64,000 bases of DNA, from the NCBI RefSeq assembly GCF_030684315.1, contig NC_081371.1, positions 32,607,440-32,671,439 on the forward strand. Direction: 5' to 3'. The notes below the pieces were generated by a model. That model made no database searches, was not told where the DNA came from, and saw only the letters and a program-made list of their open reading frames with translations. This DNA comes from Stegostoma tigrinum. Taxonomy: Eukaryota. The position numbers were made by a program, and so were the translations under genes. This document shows positions 52,992 to 64,000 of the stretch, piece after piece (position 1 is the stretch's first letter; the number at the start of each line of letters is the position of its first letter).

Positions 52992-53540
52992 GTCATGAAC
53001 TAGCAAAGAAAAGGAAACAAATCAATAAGCTAATTAACACCAAATGTTGCTACATAATGGCACAATGTAAGTAGACTTCACAGTTAAAAAGTGCCAAAGT
53101 TACAAGAGAGATTGCATGTCAATCATTGATTCTCATCTAAGTCATCGATTCTTAAGCAATCAATTGAACATCATCTTCTGCATTGCAACAATATGATTTG
53201 TGATATCTCAATGACCAGAAACTATGTTACAGATGATCATTAACTACTTTGTAAAGAATATTATATCAGCATTCATTTATTTCACAATTCAGACATCATG
53301 CCTAAATGCAGATGTTACAGTGCCCTTTTTAAGCCACAATGCTGATGCTGTTTGCCCATGAAATACCAATTAACCTGTTTTTGTCAAAGGTCTTTTTTTT
53401 TCAAACATTTCAAAGTTTTGCCTTCAGGACAGAAAGAATTGAACTTGTATAAGTGGCTTTCATGACCGTAGACCATCCCAAAATCAATACCATATGGAGC
53501 TAGAGGAACACAGCAGGTCAGGCAGCATCAAAGGAGAGAA

Positions 53541-53578
53541 CAGTCACCGTTTCAGGTTGGGACTGTTCATCAGGACTG
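53541..53578 (-). ncRNA. Decayed hammerhead ribozyme motif
   Basis: Reverse complement CAGUC-CUGAUGA-acagucccaaccu-GAAA-CGGU-GACUG. The 5-bp stem I and core boxes are retained; stem II and the cleavage triplet are mutated. Confidence 0.6.
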
Positions 53579-53964
53579 GTGCGGTATAAGGGAGCTTGCA
53601 AATAAATTGGAGGGGGGGGCTGCTTGGGCCTGGGGGAAGGTAGGTGAGATGGTGATAGGTGAACGTAGGGTAGGGGGTTGTGGAGATAGGCCATGGGAAG
53701 GTTAGGGCAGATAGGTGAGAAATAGATGGATAGATTGTCTCAGGTCAAGGAGGCAGGGATGAGAGGGAGGGTTGGATATGGGATGAGGCCAGGGCTGGAG
53801 ACACTTTGAAACTGGTGAATTCTGTGTTGAGGATATCAGGTTGTAGGGTCCCGGGGCAGAATTTAAGAATAAAACCAAAGGAGCTGTGGATACTGTAAAT
53901 CAGGAACAAAAACAAAGTTGCTGGAAAAGGTCAGCAGGCCTGGCAGCATCTGTGGAGGAGAAAA

Positions 53965-54006
53965 CAGTGTTAACGTTTCAGGTCTGGTGACCCTTCCTCA
54001 GAACTG
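53965..54006 (-). ncRNA. Minimal type I hammerhead ribozyme in PLE 3' terminal repeat (near intact)
   Basis: Reverse complement caGUU-CUGAGGA-A-GGGUC(ACCA)GACCU-GAAA-CG-UU^AAC-acug. Stem I, core, stem II and palindromic AACGUU stem III are all present. Confidence 0.8.
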
Positions 54007-54258
54007 ATGGTGGCTGCGAAAACATCAGTTTATATGCAGAAAATATGCAGGTGGGTGGAGTAGGGAGTAAACAATAGGATAGAGCCCAAAGAGAGAGAAA
54101 GGCAGTTGGACAGACAAAGGAATTGCTAACAATCAGGCTGGGAGGGTGAATAGTTGTTAATGGGGACTGTTAGTGACTAATAACAGCGGGTGTGTAATCG
54201 CAGGCTATGTGGTAACAAGGCTTTGTGTGTGGGCTAGGGGTTTGGGGCAGAGGAGAGT

Positions 54259-54588
54259 TTAGACTCTAAAGTGATTGAACACAATATTGATCCTGGAGGG
54301 CTGTAGGGTCCCCAAGCAGAAAATGAGGTGTTGTTCCTCCAACTTGCGCTGGGCTTCACTAGAACACTGTAGCAAGCCAGAGACAGAGATGTTGGCCAGG
54401 GAGCAAGGTGGTGCATTGAAGTGGCAGGCAACAGGTAGTTCAGGGTCTGTTTTGTGAGCAGAATGTAGATGTTCTGCGAAGCAGTTGCCAAGTCTACACT
54501 TCGTTTCCCCAATGTAAAGGACATCACATTGTGAGCAGCGAATGCAGTAGACTAGATTCTGGGAAGTGCAGGTGAAGTGTTGCTTCAA
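54259..54588 (-). pseudogene. Penelope GIY-YIG endonuclease domain (open frame in a truncated element)
   Basis: NLVYCIRCSQCDVLYIGETKCRL..FAEH...VACHFN...RKLEEQHLI..LGTLQPSRIN contains the VY/YIG motifs, catalytic R and E, and the PLE-specific CCHH residues. Confidence 0.92.
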
Positions 54589-55059
54589 CTGGAAGTTATG
54601 TTTGGGCCCTTGGACACTGAGGAGGGAGGAGGTAAATGGGCAGGTGTTGCACCTTCACCAGTTACAGGGGAAGGTGCTGTGGGGAGGAGTTGGGGGTGAA
54701 GGAGGTATGGACCAGGGTATCCCAGAGGGAATGGTCCCTGCAGAAGGCAGACAAGGGAGGGGAGGGGAATATGTGTCTGATGTTATTATTCCTCCAGTTT
54801 ACATGTGGCATCATTGTGACACTGAAAGAGGCCCAGGATGGATATGTCACCAAGGAAGTGGGAGGAGGAGTTAAAATGGTTGGCACCGGAAGGCGGTGTT
54901 GTTTATGGCGTATGGAGCACAGATGCTCTGCGAATTAGTCAGCGAGTCTGTACTTGGTCTCACCAATATAGAAGAGACTACATCGAGAGCAATAGATACA
55001 GTAGATCAAGTTGGAGGATATATATGTGAATCACTAATATTATAGCATATGTGAGTCAC

Positions 55060-55372
55060 TAATGTAATAGCAGCCTATTTGTGCACAACAAGTTCCCACA
55101 AAATAAATGATCAGATAAATCCAGTTTTGGGGTATTGATTAAGTGACAAATTTTGACCAGGACACCCCTTGAAATGATGCTGTGGGGTCTTGAATGTCCA
55201 ATTGAGAGGGCAGCTAGGGTTTCATTCAAAAGTGGTACCTCTGACAGTGTAGTGCAGCATTCTCCTTGCACTATCAGCCATGATTTCTGTTCTCACAGCC
55301 TAGACTGAGACTTGAACAAATAGCTATCTGACTCAGTGATGAGATCCTACTACCTAAGCCATAGCTGACACC
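55060..55372 (-). mobile_element. Ancient tRNA-headed SINE, Deu-domain (SacSINE1-like) type
   Basis: Reverse complement ggtgtcagctaTGGCTTAGgtagtagg..tgagtcaga..GTTCAAGTC, then tgctgcact..tgtcagaggt..ggggtgtcctggtcaaaattt..ctgatcattt..tgtgggaacttgttgtgcacaaataggctgc. Family assigned from recalled consensus. Confidence 0.7.
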
Positions 55373-55424
55373 TTGAACATTTCTCCACCTTTGCATAAAA
55401 CAAATATAAAGTACATTATAATCA

Positions 55425-55830
55425 TAACTGTCTCACTTGAAGATTCCATAACCCAGTACGTTGAGCTGCCAGACCAGCCCTCAAACATGCCACCAAGATA
55501 CCACATCTCCATGCCATGAGCGGCACCTTCAACTCATCTGCCTTACTTACAAGACTTCTTGCATTAAAACAATTCAATCCAATTTTGACAAGCTCCCTTG
55601 ACCACGTATGTTCTGTTTGCCAGGTTGACTTGGCTTTCCTTCTACATTTTCTGTACATCATCTTATATTGTTCCTCTGCCCCACCTTTCATTCCCCTGCC
55701 AAATTAGTTTAAAACCCTCACTAGCAGCACTGGAACACTCTCCCTGCAAGGATGTTAGCCCTTTTTCAGTTTATGTGCAACCTTTAGACATATACAGGTC
55801 TCAACTTGGATAACTTGTCTGAAGCAGCTC
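55425..55830 (-). mobile_element. CR1 ORF1-end / ORF2 APE start fragment
   Basis: LNCFNARSLVSKADELK is the APE N-terminal motif of CR1 ORF2. Confidence 0.75.
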
Positions 55831-56339
55831 ATTAAAGCACAAAGGTGTTCAAATCAAATTACAAATAACTAGAGGCTGTATTACTGAGACAAAAAGTTAC
55901 AACTCACTCTGGAAGCTGTCTTCACTCCTAAATATATTGAGAGAGGCATTCAGAAGCATTTTAAAATATGCACCTGATCAAAATTAATGCTATTAAGTAG
56001 GTATACTTACCAGGCAATGTGTGCTCCAGGGTGACAAAGGTGGGATTTGAAGCACATGAAAGAATACTCCAACTGTGAAAACTTTGTATATTGTTACCCT
56101 CTGTCACCATCACCAAACTTCGTCCTCCACCATTGTCTGTTGATTCATAGTGTATACCTCATTTTTGACAGACCTATTCTGCAACCCTTCTCCCCAGAAT
56201 TAATTTAGTATGAATCAGTCAGTAACATTGGGTGGAATTTGCACCTTCTTGGTGTGGCATGAGCAATGCCGAGAAAGTTTAGAAAATGCATTCTAATGAA
56301 AATATTTGAAATTTGATCTTAAGAAAAGGTTTTATGATT

Positions 56340-57130
56340 TTCCCTCAACCCTCCACCATCACCCTTTGCCTTCTGTTTGCAAGCCAGTTATTGATCCAAT
56401 TTGTCACCTTAGTTCAGATACCATGGGCTGTTACCTTTTGGACCAGCTTTCCATATAGAATCTTCTCAAATGCCTTAGTGAAGTTAATGCAAACCACATC
56501 AACGGCAGTACCCTCATCAATATATTTAGTCACCTTTTCAAAAACTGAATTAAATCAGTCAGATAGAATCTCCCTCTAACAACTCTGTGCTGACTATCTC
56601 TGCCACCATTCCTACTGAAATCTCCAACGACAGTATCTTTTTCCTCTGAATGCAGATGAGAAATATTCATTAAGATCTCACCCATGTCCTCAAGCTCCAC
56701 ATGCAGGTTGCCCCTTTGATCTCATTCTCTGGTAATCCCCTTCATTTGGGGTGTCCTTATAAAATTCCTTAGCGTTTTCCTTGATCCTATCTGCTGAAGA
56801 TATTTTGTGGCCCCTCTTTGCCCTCCTAATTTCTTTTTAAAGCACTCTGTACACACTGTATACTTCTGCAGGGCCTCCCCCAGTTTTAATGGACAGTATC
56901 TAACTTATACTGCCCTCTTTTTCTTTATAAAACTTTCAATATTCCTTGACATCCAGGCTGCTTGTGACCTTCATTCTTAGAGGAACACACTGGCCCTGAA
57001 GAATCATTGCACTACTTTTTAAAGAATCCTACTTTGCAAATGTAGACTTAGCAGCAGTCTATGTTTGCTAGATCCTATCCAACAATATTGAAATTTAGAC
57101 ATTTAATTTTTGCACTTTCCATAATGACGA
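56340..57130 (-). mobile_element. Fragments of an old CR1 ORF2 (RT and linker)
   Basis: Reverse complement gives YIDEGTAVDVVCINFTKAFEK..LVQKVTAHG..WINNWLANRRQRVMVEG. Confidence 0.75.
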
Positions 57131-57224
57131 AATTTATTTGTGATCAAAATACTTAGCCACGGAATCTTCAAGTACTTTATTCCCTGGGGTTAGATCTACC
57201 GATGCCCATCTCTAGTTGCTTACT

Positions 57225-57985
57225 GGCACAATGAGAGCAAACTATACAGTAAATGGAAAAGTGCTGGGGAAAATTGATGTAAGGAGAGATCTGGGTGTTC
57301 AGGTCCATTGTTCCCTGAAGGTAGCACCGCAGGTCAATAGGGTGGTCAAGAAGGCATATGGCATACTTTCCTTCATCAGACGGGGTATTGAGTACAAGAG
57401 TTGGCAGATCATGTTACAGTTGTATAAGACTTTGGTTCGGCCACATTTAAAGTACTGTGTACAGTACTGGTCGCCACATTACCAAAAGGATGTGGAGAAG
57501 GTGTAGAGGAGGTTCACCAGCATGTTGCCTGGTATGGAGGGCGCTAGCTATGAAGAGAGGTTGAGTAGATTAGGATTATTTTCATTAGAAAGACGGAGAT
57601 TGAGGGGGGACCTGATTGAGGTCTACAAAATCATGAGGGGTATAGACAGGGTGGATAGCAAGAAGCTTTTTCCCAGAGTGGAGGACTCAATTACTAGGGT
57701 TCATGAGTTCAAAGTGAGAGGAGGAAAGTTTAAGGGAGACATGTGTGGAAAGTTCTTTACGCAGAGGGTCGTGGGTACCTGGAACGCGTTGCCAGCGGAT
57801 GTGGTAGGCGCAGACACAGTAGTGTCTTTTAAGATGTAGCTGGACAGGTACATGGATGGGCAGTGAGCAAAGGTATGCAGGCCCTTAGAAAATAGATGAC
57901 AGGTTTAGACAGAGGATCTCGATCAGCGCAGGCTTGTAGGGTCGAAAGGCCTGTTCCTGTGCTGTAATTTTCTTTGTTCTTTGTT
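57225..57985 (+). mobile_element. Young 5'-truncated CR1 LINE
   Basis: ORFs 57216..57506 and 57522..57839: RDLGVQVH, LYKTLVRPHLKYCVQYWSP, LRGDLIEVYKIMRG, FFTQRVVGTWNALP. (ttctttg)n tail. Confidence 0.95.
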
Positions 57986-57999
57986 AATAAGCTCTCTTG

Positions 58000-58725
58000 A
58001 TTCACTTTAAAAATTTCACCCTGTCTAATCTTTTTGCACTAAGGCAATCCTGGTTAATCTCAGCAAAGTTGAAATCCTGCACAACTATATTGCTGTTTCT
58101 GCCATGTGATTTGCATATTCATCTGCTTCTCTATTTCCCTCTGACCATTGGGAGGCATGGAGAATAACCCTAGCAAACTAATTGCCCCTTTTTTAAAAAT
58201 TCTGATCTTTACCCAGATGGCTTCATTTGAAGATCTCTTTAGAATATCGTCCCTTATTACAGCAGTGATGATTTCCTTTATCAATAATGAAATGCCAGCC
58301 CCTCCCCTCCCCTCCCCCACCCCACAACTGCATCTCTCTTAATTCCCCCTGACTATCGTGCCTTAAACTTCTAAACCCTGGAATATTGAGCTGCCAGTCC
58401 TGTCGTGGCTTCAACCAGGTCTCGGTGATTGCAGCAATATCATCTTCCTACATGCCAATCAATGCTGTAAATTCATCCACCTTACCAGTCAAGCTCCGTA
58501 CATCAAGGTAAACACAGTTTAGCTTTCTGCACCTCCAGCCTGCCTTAATATGCCCGTAGCGTCTCCATCCACTGAACTGTCCCAACAGAGCTCTTACTTC
58601 TGATTGGACCTTGCTCCTGACTTTACATTTACTCTGTGCCCTATCACCCTGAGAATTAGTTTAAACGCTACTCAACAGCGCAGCAAACCTCCCAACAAGG
58701 ATGTTGGACCTATTCCAATTAAGCT
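58000..58725 (-). mobile_element. Old CR1 APE endonuclease region; its 5' part continues at 60283-60380
   Basis: AAITETWLKPRQDWQLNIPGF..GGAGISLLIKE..EAIWVKI..LGLFSMPPN. Confidence 0.85.
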
Positions 58726-60282
58726 CCTAGAGTTCTGAGGGAGGTAGCTGAGGAAATAGTGGAGGCTTTGGTCGTGATTTTTCAAAAGTCACTGGAGTCA
58801 GGGAAAGTCCCAGGTGATTGGAAAATTGCTGTTGTAACCCCCTTGTTTAAGAAAGGATCAAGGCAAAAGATGGATAATTATAGGCCAATTAGCCTAACCT
58901 CGGTAGTTGGTAAAATTCTAGAATCCATTGTCAAGGATGAGATTTCTAAATTCCTGGAAGTGCAGGGTCAGATTAAAACAAGTCAGCATGGTTTTAGTTA
59001 AGGGGAGGTCGTGCCTGACAAACCTGATAGAATTCTTTGAAGAGGTAACAAGTATGTTAGACCAGGGAAACCCAGTAGATGTTATCTATCTAGACTTCCA
59101 AAAGGCCTTTGATACAGTGCCTCACGGGAGGCTGCTGAACAAGGTGAGGGCCCATGGTTTTCGAGGTGAGCTACTGGCTTGGATTGAGGATTGGCTGTCT
59201 GACTGAAAGCAGAGAGTTGGGATAAAAGGCTCTTTCTCAGAATGGCAACCGGTGATGAGTGGTGTCCCGCAGGGTTCAGTGTTGGGGCTACAGCTGTTCA
59301 CCTTATATATTAATGAGCTGGATGGAGGGACTGTGGGGGCATTCTGGCGAAGTTTGCCGATGATACGAAGATAGGTGGACAGGCAGGTAGTGCTGAGGAG
59401 GTGGGGAAGCTGCAGAAAGATTTAGACAGTTTAGGAGAGTGGTCCAGGAAATGGCTGATGAATTCAATGTGAATAAATGTGAGGTTTTGCACTTTGGAAA
59501 AAAGAATACAGGCATGGACTATTTTCTAAATGGTGAGAAAATTCGCAAATCAGAAGTGCAAAGGGATCTGGGAGTGTTGGTTCAGGATTCTCTTAAAGGT
59601 TAACTCGCAGGTAGCGTCCGTAATTAAGAAAGCGAATGCACTGTCGTCGTTTATCTCAAGAGGGTTGGAATATAAAAGCAGCGATGTGCTTCTGAGGCTT
59701 TATAAAGCTAAAGTTAGGCCCCATTTAGAATACTGTGTCCAATTTTGGGCCCCACATCTCAGGAAGGACACACTAGCCCTGGAGCATGTCCAGCGGAGAT
59801 TCACATGGATGATCCCTGGAATGGTAGGATTAGCGTATGATGAATGGCTAAGGATCCTGGGATTGTATTCATTAGAGTTTAGAAGGTTGAGGGGAAATCT
59901 AATAGAAACTTACAAGATAATGTATGGTTTAGAAGGGGTGGATGCAAGGAAGTTGTTTCCATTAGGCGGGAAGACTAGGACCCGTGGGCACAGCCTTAAA
60001 ATTAGAGGGGGTAAATTTAAAACTGAAATGAGACGATATTTCTTCAGCCAGAGAGTGGTGGGCTTGTGGAATTCATTGCCGCAGAGTGCAGTGGAGGCTG
60101 GGACGTTGGATGCCTTCAAGGCAGAGATCGACAAATTCTTGATCTCGCAAGGAATCGAGGGCTATGGGGAGAGTGCAGGTAAATGGTGCTGAAATGCCCA
60201 TCAGCCATGATTTAAATGGCGGAGTGGACTTGATGGGCCGAATGGCCTTACTTCCACTCCTATGTCTTATGGTCTTATGGTC
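58726..60282 (+). mobile_element. Young 5'-truncated CR1 LINE (RT) with 6-bp TSD
   Basis: [50 protein letters not shown]. (tcttatgg)n tail. TSD taagct at 58720-58725 and 60283-60288. Confidence 0.97.
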
Positions 60283-60449
60283 TAAGCTGCAACACATCCA
60301 GCTTCTACAGGTCCCAGAAGCTTCCCCAATGATCGAAAAATCTAAAACCCACCCAACTACATCATGCCTTTAACCACAATTTCATCTGACCTTTCTGACA
60401 CTACCACTGTGTCACAAGAGGGCCTAGAAACCACTTTTTCATTTACAGG

Positions 60450-61582
60450 GTCATAGAGTTAAACAGCATGGAACCAGATCCTTCAGTCCAACTAGTGCTC
60501 GCCAAGCATGTTCCCAAACTAAACTAGCCCCACGTGCCTGCATTTGAACCATATACCTCCAAACCTCTCCTATTCGTGTACTTATCCAGATGTCTTTTAA
60601 ATGTTGTTACTATAACTGCATCTGCCAGTTCCTCTAGCAGTTCATTCCACACATGAAACATATTCTGTAAAAATAAAAGTTGCCCCTCGTGTCTTTTTTT
60701 TAAAAAACTTTCTCCTCTCACCCTAAAAATAAATACCCTAGTTTTGAAATCCCCTTCTCTGGGGCAAATATCTTTTCTGTTCAACTTATCTATGCCCCTC
60801 ATGATCTTTTAAACCTCTATCAGGTCACCCCTCAATCTTGTAAGCTCCAGTGAAAAAGTACCAGCCAGTCCAGCCTCTCCTAAATAATTCAAACCCTCCA
60901 GTCCAGCAATATCCATGTAAATATTTTTAAAACCCTCTCTAATTTAAGAATATCCTTCATACAGCAGGATGACTAGAACTGCAGTCCAGAAGAAGCCTAG
61001 CCAATGTTCTGCGCAACCTGAACCTGACATTCCAGCTCCCATATTCAGAGGTCTCAGCAATGAAGGCAGGCATGCCAAACACCTCCTTAACCACCTAGTC
61101 TACCCGTGATGCAAATTTCAAAGAATTACCTCGGCCTGCCTGTTCTACAACATTATCCAGGACCCTACCAGTAATTATATGAGCCCTGCCCATGTTTGTC
61201 TTACCAAAATGCAATATCTCACATTTATCCAAATTGAGCTCCATCTGCCACTCATCAGCCTATTGACCCAGTTGAATGAGATCTCTCTGTAATCTTGGAT
61301 AAACTCCTTCCCTGCCCACTGTACCACCAATCTTGGTATCATCTGCGGACTTACTAATCATGCCTCTTGTATTCTCATCCAAATCATTTATATAAATGAC
61401 AATCAAAAGTGGACACCATACAGATCCCTGTGGAACATCACTGGTCACAGCTTCCAGTCCAAAAGAAACCCTCCACCACCACTCTCTCTCTTACCATCAA
61501 GCCAATTTTGTATCCAATTGGCAAGCTCACGCTGAATCCCATGTGATCTAACTTTACTAATTTGTCTATCAAGTGGAAACTT
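60450..61582 (-). mobile_element. 5'-truncated CR1 LINE
   Basis: ORF 61260..61448 (DVPQGSVWCPLL..YINDLD..SADDTKIGG) and ORF 60524..60802 (C-terminus). Confidence 0.92.
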
Positions 61583-62249
61583 AAGACAGCTATTGATTAT
61601 TTTTGTTATTTACACTGCATAGGAAATAACATTAGGAATATCCCAACTAAGATGGACTTTGGCTTAATTTTTTAAAAAATCTTGTTTTTAATATAGGTGC
61701 TGTCATGTGTTAAGTTAAACACACTTTTATTGTCATTTGTTTTTTTGACAAAAAAAACAACTATTGTGTTCTACTCTAAACAGCTTCAGGCTTCTACGTT
61801 ACTGATTAGATTATATAAAGAATTATTGAATGTTCATAATATTCTAACCTTTCTCACTGAGAATAATGATAAAATAATCACTGTGAAGATGCCACTGTAT
61901 TTATCAGGCTGTGGTGTGAATTCTCATATTTAACAGTCTAACCTTTAGAATACTTATGGAATAGGACTATGAACAGTCAACCATAAAAGTGCTTAACTGG
62001 AGGATTCCTAACTTCATTGAATTAGAAAGGAATATTGCCTAGGTGGTTTGGAATCAAAAGCTGGTAAGCAAAACAGTGGCACAGAACTATGGCAGAAAAG
62101 GTGTGTGGATAAAGTTATTCTCACAAGGGGAAATGAAGGACATCCCAAAGATAGAGATCCGTGGATGATTACATACAGTGAGATTATAATAAAACAAAAT
62201 AGACATATTTATGAGTTAATGCAAGGCTTATAACTGAGTAGCTTCAAAC

Positions 62250-62510
62250 AGTCTGTTCATGAATTAATGGAGACAAATGATGTTTATTTGAACTTTTAGA
62301 AGATTTTTGCTAAAGGATGCCACAGTAGATTTGTTTGTGAAACTAAAGCAAATAGGATTAAAGGGGTAGTTTCAAAATTTGTAGATGAGAGGACACTTGA
62401 AAATGATGTAAACTATATGGAAGCTAGTCATAGAATTCAGAAGGACATGGCCTGGTGAAATTGATAGAACAATGGAAAATGAAATTTAGTGCACAAAAGT
62501 GTGAAATGGT
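62250..62510 (+). mobile_element. Highly decayed CR1 RT fragment
   Basis: DVYLNF*KIFAK..KFVDE..IQKDM..WKMKFSAQKCE motifs. Confidence 0.55.
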
Positions 62511-62721
62511 ATCAGTTTGCAGTGTTATCAACTCTGGGAGAGAAACATAAAGCCGAATTAACCAAATTTACCAAAATTCAAAATTATCAATGGAAATTTT
62601 ATTTTTCTAACTTTACAGAATCAATCTACAGTAAATATGAATTAACAGATGAATGATGGAACAAAAACAAAGTTGCTGGAAAAGCTCAGCAGGTCTGGCA
62701 GCATCTGTGGAGGAGAAAACA

Positions 62722-62760
62722 GAGTTAACGTTTCGGGTACGGTGACCCTTCCTCGGAACT
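62722..62760 (-). ncRNA. Hammerhead motif, left arm (U4>C variant)
   Basis: Reverse complement AGUU-CCGAGGA-A-GGGU(CACCGU)ACCC-GAAA-CG-UU^AACU. Confidence 0.6.
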
Positions 62761-62773
62761 AAGATTTTTTTTT

Positions 62774-62809
62774 TCCTGAGGAAGGGTCACTGGACCCGAA
62801 ACGTTAACT
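62774..62809 (+). ncRNA. Minimal hammerhead ribozyme motif, right arm (intact core)
   Basis: CUGAGGA-A-GGGUC(ACUG)GACCC-GAAA-CG-UU^AAC. The 5' strand of stem I is truncated. Confidence 0.72.
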
Positions 62810-62999
62810 CTGTTTTCTCCTCCACAGATGCTGCCAGACCTGCTGAGCTTTTCCAGCAACTTTGTTTTTGTTCCTGATTTGCAGCATTCACAGTTCTTTT
62901 GGTTTTTAACAGATGAATGATATTTGAAATCAAAAGGTAAACTTTACCTTATGTAGTCAATAATACATGGATACATCTTCAATAGCCACAAATGCTTGC

Positions 63000-63360
63000 A
63001 ACACACCTCAGCCCAAGGTGTTTCACAGGAGCAGTACAAATTCAAGGACACAGAGACAGATAAGAAGATATGCGGCAAGATGACCAAAACTTACATGTGG
63101 CCCCAAAACAACAAGTCATATGAAGTGTCTTAAAGGAAGTAAATGGGGCATAGTGGTGTATGGAGGGGATTCCAGAGCTCGAGATCTCGGCACTAAAGGG
63201 AAATTCAGCAATGGTGCAGCAGTTACGACTGCGAAAGCAAAACCGGCCAGAATTAGATCACAGCTGTCAGAGAGGGCTATGTAGTGTTAGATTTGGAAAC
63301 AAGGTTAAGAATTTTAAAATCAAGATTGCTGTTGACAGTGTAGGTCAGCAGCAGTATCAG
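63000..63360 (-). mobile_element. Ancient L2-like LINE 3' end
   Basis: cccaaggtgtttcacaggagc..gatgaccaaaac..gtgtcttaaagga..ggaggggattccagagct resembles an L2 3' end (recalled consensus). A short related piece lies at ~51845-51910. Confidence 0.55.
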
Positions 63361-64000
63361 ATTTAGGCATAAGCTAAAGTAGGACCACTTGGACTTTACA
63401 TTATGAGGGGTTTCTGCATGAAAACTAAAAGACTGAATTCACATTTTACATAACGTGTTGAAACCAAAGGAGACAGGGGGGGACAAAAAACTCCCTTAAA
63501 ATGACATTTTTGTTGTATTACAGAGTTGTACTTGTATGGCTGCTCAATTATCAATGGCTACACAAGTAGCATTTAAAATAGTTCTGCTTAGATATTAAAC
63601 ATAATCAGAAAGCTTTAATATAATTGCAGGCTCTCTTCAAAAATGGAGCACTCAGACTGTCAGGCTCCTTTATTGCACAATGATTTGAGTCAAAAATCAC
63701 TCAAGCTGCATCTTCCTTCGACCTTTGACAATCATGCAGTCTATTTACACATTACCATTTTGTGAACATTTACAGAATGTGCACTAGCTTCAGGGGGCAA
63801 TGGAAAGTTTGGTTCACCACATGACGGGAACTTCCTTGGCTTAACAAATCTCATTACTAAGTGTGACTAAATATTATTGTAAAATATGTGCCACTTGATG
63901 GTTTTTCTCTGGACTGCTTTCTAACTTTACTTGAGTTAGAAAAGCATGATAGTGAAAGTATGGCCAATCTGGTGTTAGATTATCCATTCATCATAGCCAA

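Larger units (their letters stand above)
53868..54779 (-). mobile_element. Younger 5'-truncated PLE with GIY-YIG domain, HHR terminal repeat and tail
   Basis: Continuous element from the linker (RHIFPSPPLSAFCRDHSLWDTLVH) through the endonuclease to a terminal repeat of the same family as 62658-62905. Confidence 0.93.
53495..55035 (-). mobile_element. Older PLE (GIY-YIG plus terminal repeat), split by a younger PLE inserted at ~53868-54779
   Basis: 55035-54780 encodes SSNLIYCIYCSRCSLFYIGETKYRLAD*FAEHLCS. 53867-53800 encodes the C-terminal GTLQPDILNTEFTSFK. A decayed HHR lies at 53541-53578. Confidence 0.85.
62658..62905. mobile_element. Palindromic PLE mini-element (two inverted HHR arms) with perfect 16-bp TSD
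   Basis: ~95 bp near-perfect inverted arms, a T-rich spacer and a ~31 nt tail on the right. TSD ttaacagatgaatgat at 62642-62657 and 62906-62921. Confidence 0.95.

Noticed and set aside
1-64000. CRISPR array, operons or other prokaryotic systems
   Set aside because: No repeat-spacer array and no gene-dense coding; the sequence is vertebrate repeat-rich DNA.

Overview
AT-rich vertebrate non-coding DNA, either intronic or a gene desert. The repeat inventory points to a cartilaginous fish, probably a shark (inference): CR1 LINEs, an HE1/V-SINE, a Deu-type SINE, Penelope-like elements (PLEs) and Harbinger remnants. No host protein-coding gene can be supported, and all recognisable ORFs are decayed transposon fragments (CR1 APE/RT, PLE GIY-YIG, Harbinger Myb/SANT). 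The most striking signal is a set of about a dozen intact or decayed minimal hammerhead-ribozyme (HHR) motifs from about five PLE lineages. Many sit in short inverted-repeat mini-elements with a one-sided ~30-38 nt tail, and several have 10-16 bp target-site duplications (TSDs). One of them (12655-13264) encloses a ~390 bp copy of sequence found 2 kb downstream, which suggests PLE-mediated capture of local sequence. Three short N-runs fall in repeat-poor DNA that looks like conserved non-coding elements (CNEs). Boundaries and identities are by-eye estimates; no database searches were run.
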